Part shown: positions 60,101-64,000 of the stretch, in pieces
Layout: each line of letters begins with the position of its first letter
Position numbering within the stretch: position 1 is the stretch's first letter
Source: Tubiluchus corallicola
Lineage: Eukaryota; Animalia; Priapulida
DNA length: 64,000 nt
Reading direction: 5' to 3'
Assembly (NCBI GenBank): GCA_030141605.1
Contig: JAQGDQ010000218.1
Location: forward strand, 62,001-126,000
Translations under genes and position numbers: made by a program
The notes under the pieces: generated by a model
Told to the model about the DNA's origin: nothing
Seen by the model: the letters and a program-made list of their open reading frames with translations, nothing else
The model's database searches: none

Positions 60101-62087
60101 ACCAAGGTCTCATAAGACCAGCTTCAAATCAGTGTATCCAACAACTCGGTGCCGATATAGTGAATTCAAGCGCTCGGATTCTGTGGGGCGGAATCTAGGT
60201 CAACATGATGACATCACAGTTCATTTAATGATGATGCAACAATAATGCAACGTATAGAATAGAGTAGAAATTCACTTTTTGCTTGGATATGTAAAAACAT
60301 AACGTTATTTCCATTACAGTTCAGGTGTGGTTAATAATTACTAAAATTAAAAATACTATTATAAATGAAATACAAGAAATTAAGAAAAACATTATGAAAT
60401 AAATACAATACATTGCAATACGTCAATATTAAAATTAGCATAGTAATTATTAAAAAACATGAAATATTACTAAAAATGAGTATTTAGGAAAAGTGTTGTA
60501 AAATAAATAAAACACAAAAATAATACATCAACGCTAAAGTTAAGCATATTAAATTTTAAAGATAAGAAATTCTATTATTAAAATGTGAAGTTAAAAATTA
60601 TAATATAAACACATCATACTGCAATACATCCATAGTAAAGTTATGCACAGTAATAAAATTTAAATACAAGATAAGGCAAAAAACGTACACAGTTTTCAAA
60701 TTTTATAGTTTCAAAAGTGATGAAATATAAACCACAGTACATTAAAATTTGCCAGTACATGTGTAATAAGATATTACGTATTAGGTTAAAACACACTACT
60801 CATACGCGCATATATTCTAAACATAATAAGGCACAAATGCACAATAGGTATAAGCTGGTTGTTAAAATAATTTAAGGTAAAGTTCCTACCGTAGGGCCGT
60901 TTTTAATTGTCTTTGTGTCTCCTTGAATCTTAAATCTCTATCTATATTATTATACTGTAATGAGCCACTATACTGCAATGTTGCTTTGCCAACCCGACTT
61001 TTGCCCTGGGTTTTGCAACGAACGCTTTTTTCTTGATATTTTTCAGCTTTGCGGGCATTTTGCAATCAGTAAGTGATTACCCGTACTAACAGACGGTAGT
61101 CAACATATTTATCTACGGGGATTTTTTAGCATCTTTCAGAGGTCTGCTCATGTGGATCCTGTGATAACTATTGCCGCGCGTTTTTGTAAGCTAATTATGT
61201 TTTTTCAATTATTTTTATTTCTGCAATTTTCCCTGACAGTATAACGTTGTAGAGTAGTTTTGCCGATATAGCATTGATGTAGGGACGTGCTTTCTCAATA
61301 TACCCACCTTTTGAACTATCAAACTGTAAGTTTAGTCATGTGTATGTGACTATGTACGCAAACTAGTATTTTCCTGAAATAAGACTGAACCTGTAATTTC
61401 GTTGAAGCTGTGCTAGTGAACAAGTCTAATCGAATGATTAAAGAAAGGTCAATACTGCCAGTTAAAACGCGTCAGGATACTGCAAAAATCAACTTTCCGT
61501 TGCTCCAGTTAGCTAGCTTCAGTTTAATGATTATGACACACGTGTGAGATTTTTACCTAAGTGGTTAACTTTAGTCTTCAGCTCGAGTCGATTGGGTGTC
61601 AATGCCCAAAAAATTTTATCAAAAAGCAGATTCGAAATTTTTTGTTTCATAACTAATGATAATCGTATCTCTAATTTGTGAAGCTAAAAGACACAGAAAA
61701 CTTTGAACCGAGTCGGGATTCTAATTTCCAATTCATTTTACCGATTTTAGTTTCCACTTTTCTCATGCAGAAATTCTGTTTCCACGAGGAACAGCATGTC
61801 CGCAAGTTGCGAAAATGAAGTGCATCAGTCAAATGCTTATACATTTTTCATGCATATCCACCAATTTACTCTTCGGCTTTACATAAATGCATTAGTAAAT
61901 TTTAACAATATGACTAGATTATATAACTTTAAATGCTGTTAAAATTTCAGCGTTCATTTATTTATTTAATTGTAGGCATTAATTATATTTACCAAGAATA
62001 TTTATTTTCTTACTTATCTAGTTAATTGTTTATTTGTTTTTTTAATACAGACCACCCCATATAATGTCAGTGACCACTGAGGAACTA

Positions 62088-63642
62088 CCATAGATATTAA
62101 TATGGTAACATCGGTTTACGGATACTAAGGCATTACACGTTTGAGTCCCAGACATTTGGTCCCTGGATATTTAGGTACTGAGATATTTTTGCCCCAGATT
62201 ATTTGGGCCGCAGACATTAGTGCTCCAAATTATTTGGGCCACCGGAACTTTGGAGCCCATTTGGATCCGTGATTTTTGAGTCGCAGCACCCATACATTTG
62301 TACGGCTAGCCCTAGACAAGTAGGTAGGTAGGTAGGTAGGTAGGTAGGTAGGTAGGTAGGTAGGTAGGTAGGCAGATAGGTAGGTAGGTAGATAGATAGA
62401 TAGTGCTAGTGTGAACATTTTCTGTAGCATTTGTACTGATTAAAAGAAAGGACACGTCATTTACCATGTTTGGTTTATTTTACTGCTATCATTTATGCTT
62501 AAGAAACATATAACAAAGAAATTTGCAAAGAACTGTCTTTTGCAAAAACATAAAGTTAATTTATACTACCGCTGTACAAAAATTTGCCGCCATTCACTTG
62601 AAGATTATGTCGTAAACTGGTGACTTCATGACTTTTCGTGAGCACATCATAATCTTTAGTAAGCACGCGCTGGTTAAAATAATTCAAACTTCTGCAACTT
62701 AGCTAGTATTCATGCATTCTATTAGCTGTCTAATTTTTTGTAAAAACTTCTTATGCCTTTGACACAGATTGATAGTCCGCTGCTTTTCTTTAGCCGACGA
62801 TTGACGTCATCGGTGAAAAAATGAGCCAACAAAATGGGAACGCCCAAGCGTGAAATGATTTTACTAATGTGATTTTACTAATTACACAAGGCGTTTATCA
62901 CACTTTTATTACTAAGTCTTACTAGCATTTTCCGCGAATATTAAAACAAGCCTAACTTACCAGAGGGCTTAGCCTTTCCTTTAAAATAGTCTCTGCCCTA
63001 GTGTCTCTGCCCAAGTGCATTATTAGCCAAATTTTCAGTTTGGAGGGTGACTTTCACTAGGTAATTCAAGGTCAAACGTCTGTAAACGGTTGCAATGGTC
63101 CTTATACCAATTGTATACCCTGCAAGTTTCTTGACTCGAGCTTGCACACTCTGGAGCTTATTAAGCTGGTCTGACTTTCGAACAATTGAGGCCTTACTAG
63201 TCATGGGACCACCCCGTTCGACAAAACAACTAAATTCTATCACAACACCAATTACCCGTGCACAGTCTTACATAAAAACAAAAAAAGTTGAACACTTCGA
63301 TAAAAAATTCTACGATGGAAATTATTACCTTCTACACTTCATGGTGATTTTGATCAATTTCATGCACCATTACAACACATGCGTTAGGCACATCCTGCAG
63401 TTGAAGCCAAAAGCACACATGGTTTTGCTTTATCACGATATAAATTTGGTGGCTGTACGCCGTTGATTCAAATATTGCACACAATCCCGAATCGATACAT
63501 TCAAACTTGAACTTTCACCTAAAGTCAATAATAAAAAATGTCTGGGGCCCAAAATTCAAGACCAAAATCTAAGACCCAAATACTGGATAATTGGCTCCAA
63601 AATGCTCCAAGTGTCCTAGAATCGTAATATCAATGTTTATGG
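62088..63642. mobile_element. Unclassified non-autonomous TIR DNA transposon with 5-bp TSD
   Basis: TIRs CCATAGATATTAATAT / CCATAAACATTGATAT (13/16), AACTA duplicated at 62083-62087 and 63643-63647, inverted subterminal arrays of cccagacatttgg-like units. Confidence 0.7.
62320..62402. repeat. (TAGG)n/(TAGA)n microsatellite
   Basis: Direct reading. Confidence 0.95.
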
Positions 63643-64000
63643 AACTATAGTTAGAAAATATGAATAACGGCTACATTAATTCCTGGAAACTAAGATTCTT
63701 GTTAGAATTGTCTGTTATACAAAGGGACAAAAAATAACTTGTTCATATTCTTCTTGTTGCAAGGGAGCTTGTTATTAGTGTGGAAGCAATAATTCTGGTA
63801 AACAATTCCTCGGATAAGAACACTGAAGGAAAAACGAGATATTCCATTAATTCCTGAGACAATTTCCATTAAGTAGTTACAAAAGACGCTTAATGTAGTA
63901 ACAAATCTTCCAGCAGCAAAATGTTACACTCAGTTTGCACTATTTCAAAGTTCTAAGACACTTAAGCCTGAATAAACTGACAATGCAGTATTGCAATTTA

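Noticed and set aside
62998-63466. Transposase remnant inside the 5-bp-TSD element
   Set aside because: No recognisable DDE or DNA-binding motifs in the frames I read

Overview
AT-rich, intron-rich animal (invertebrate-type) genomic DNA. It holds the last 20 coding exons of a rootletin/CROCC gene (+, 843-16528, with two GC-AG introns). A complete, convergently oriented 8-exon soluble guanylate cyclase beta-1 gene follows (-, 44745-20188), with a perfect RFX X-box upstream. One of its introns carries a young 10.7-kb Ty3/Gypsy LTR retrotransposon (21780-32507) with a tRNA-His PBS, a frameshifting RNase H deletion and a 285-bp gap in the 5' LTR. Further along are an AIG1/septin-like GTPase gene with a Cys/His-rich C-terminus (-), an intronless KCTD8/12/16-family gene (+), several non-autonomous DNA transposons and microsatellites. 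The most unusual signal is the retrotransposon's 2.1-kb non-coding 3' region. It is densely structured, contains two diverged copies of a ~90-nt three-way-junction RNA fold with compensatory base changes, and has a second polypurine tract held in a hairpin loop. All calls were made by eye, with no database searches.
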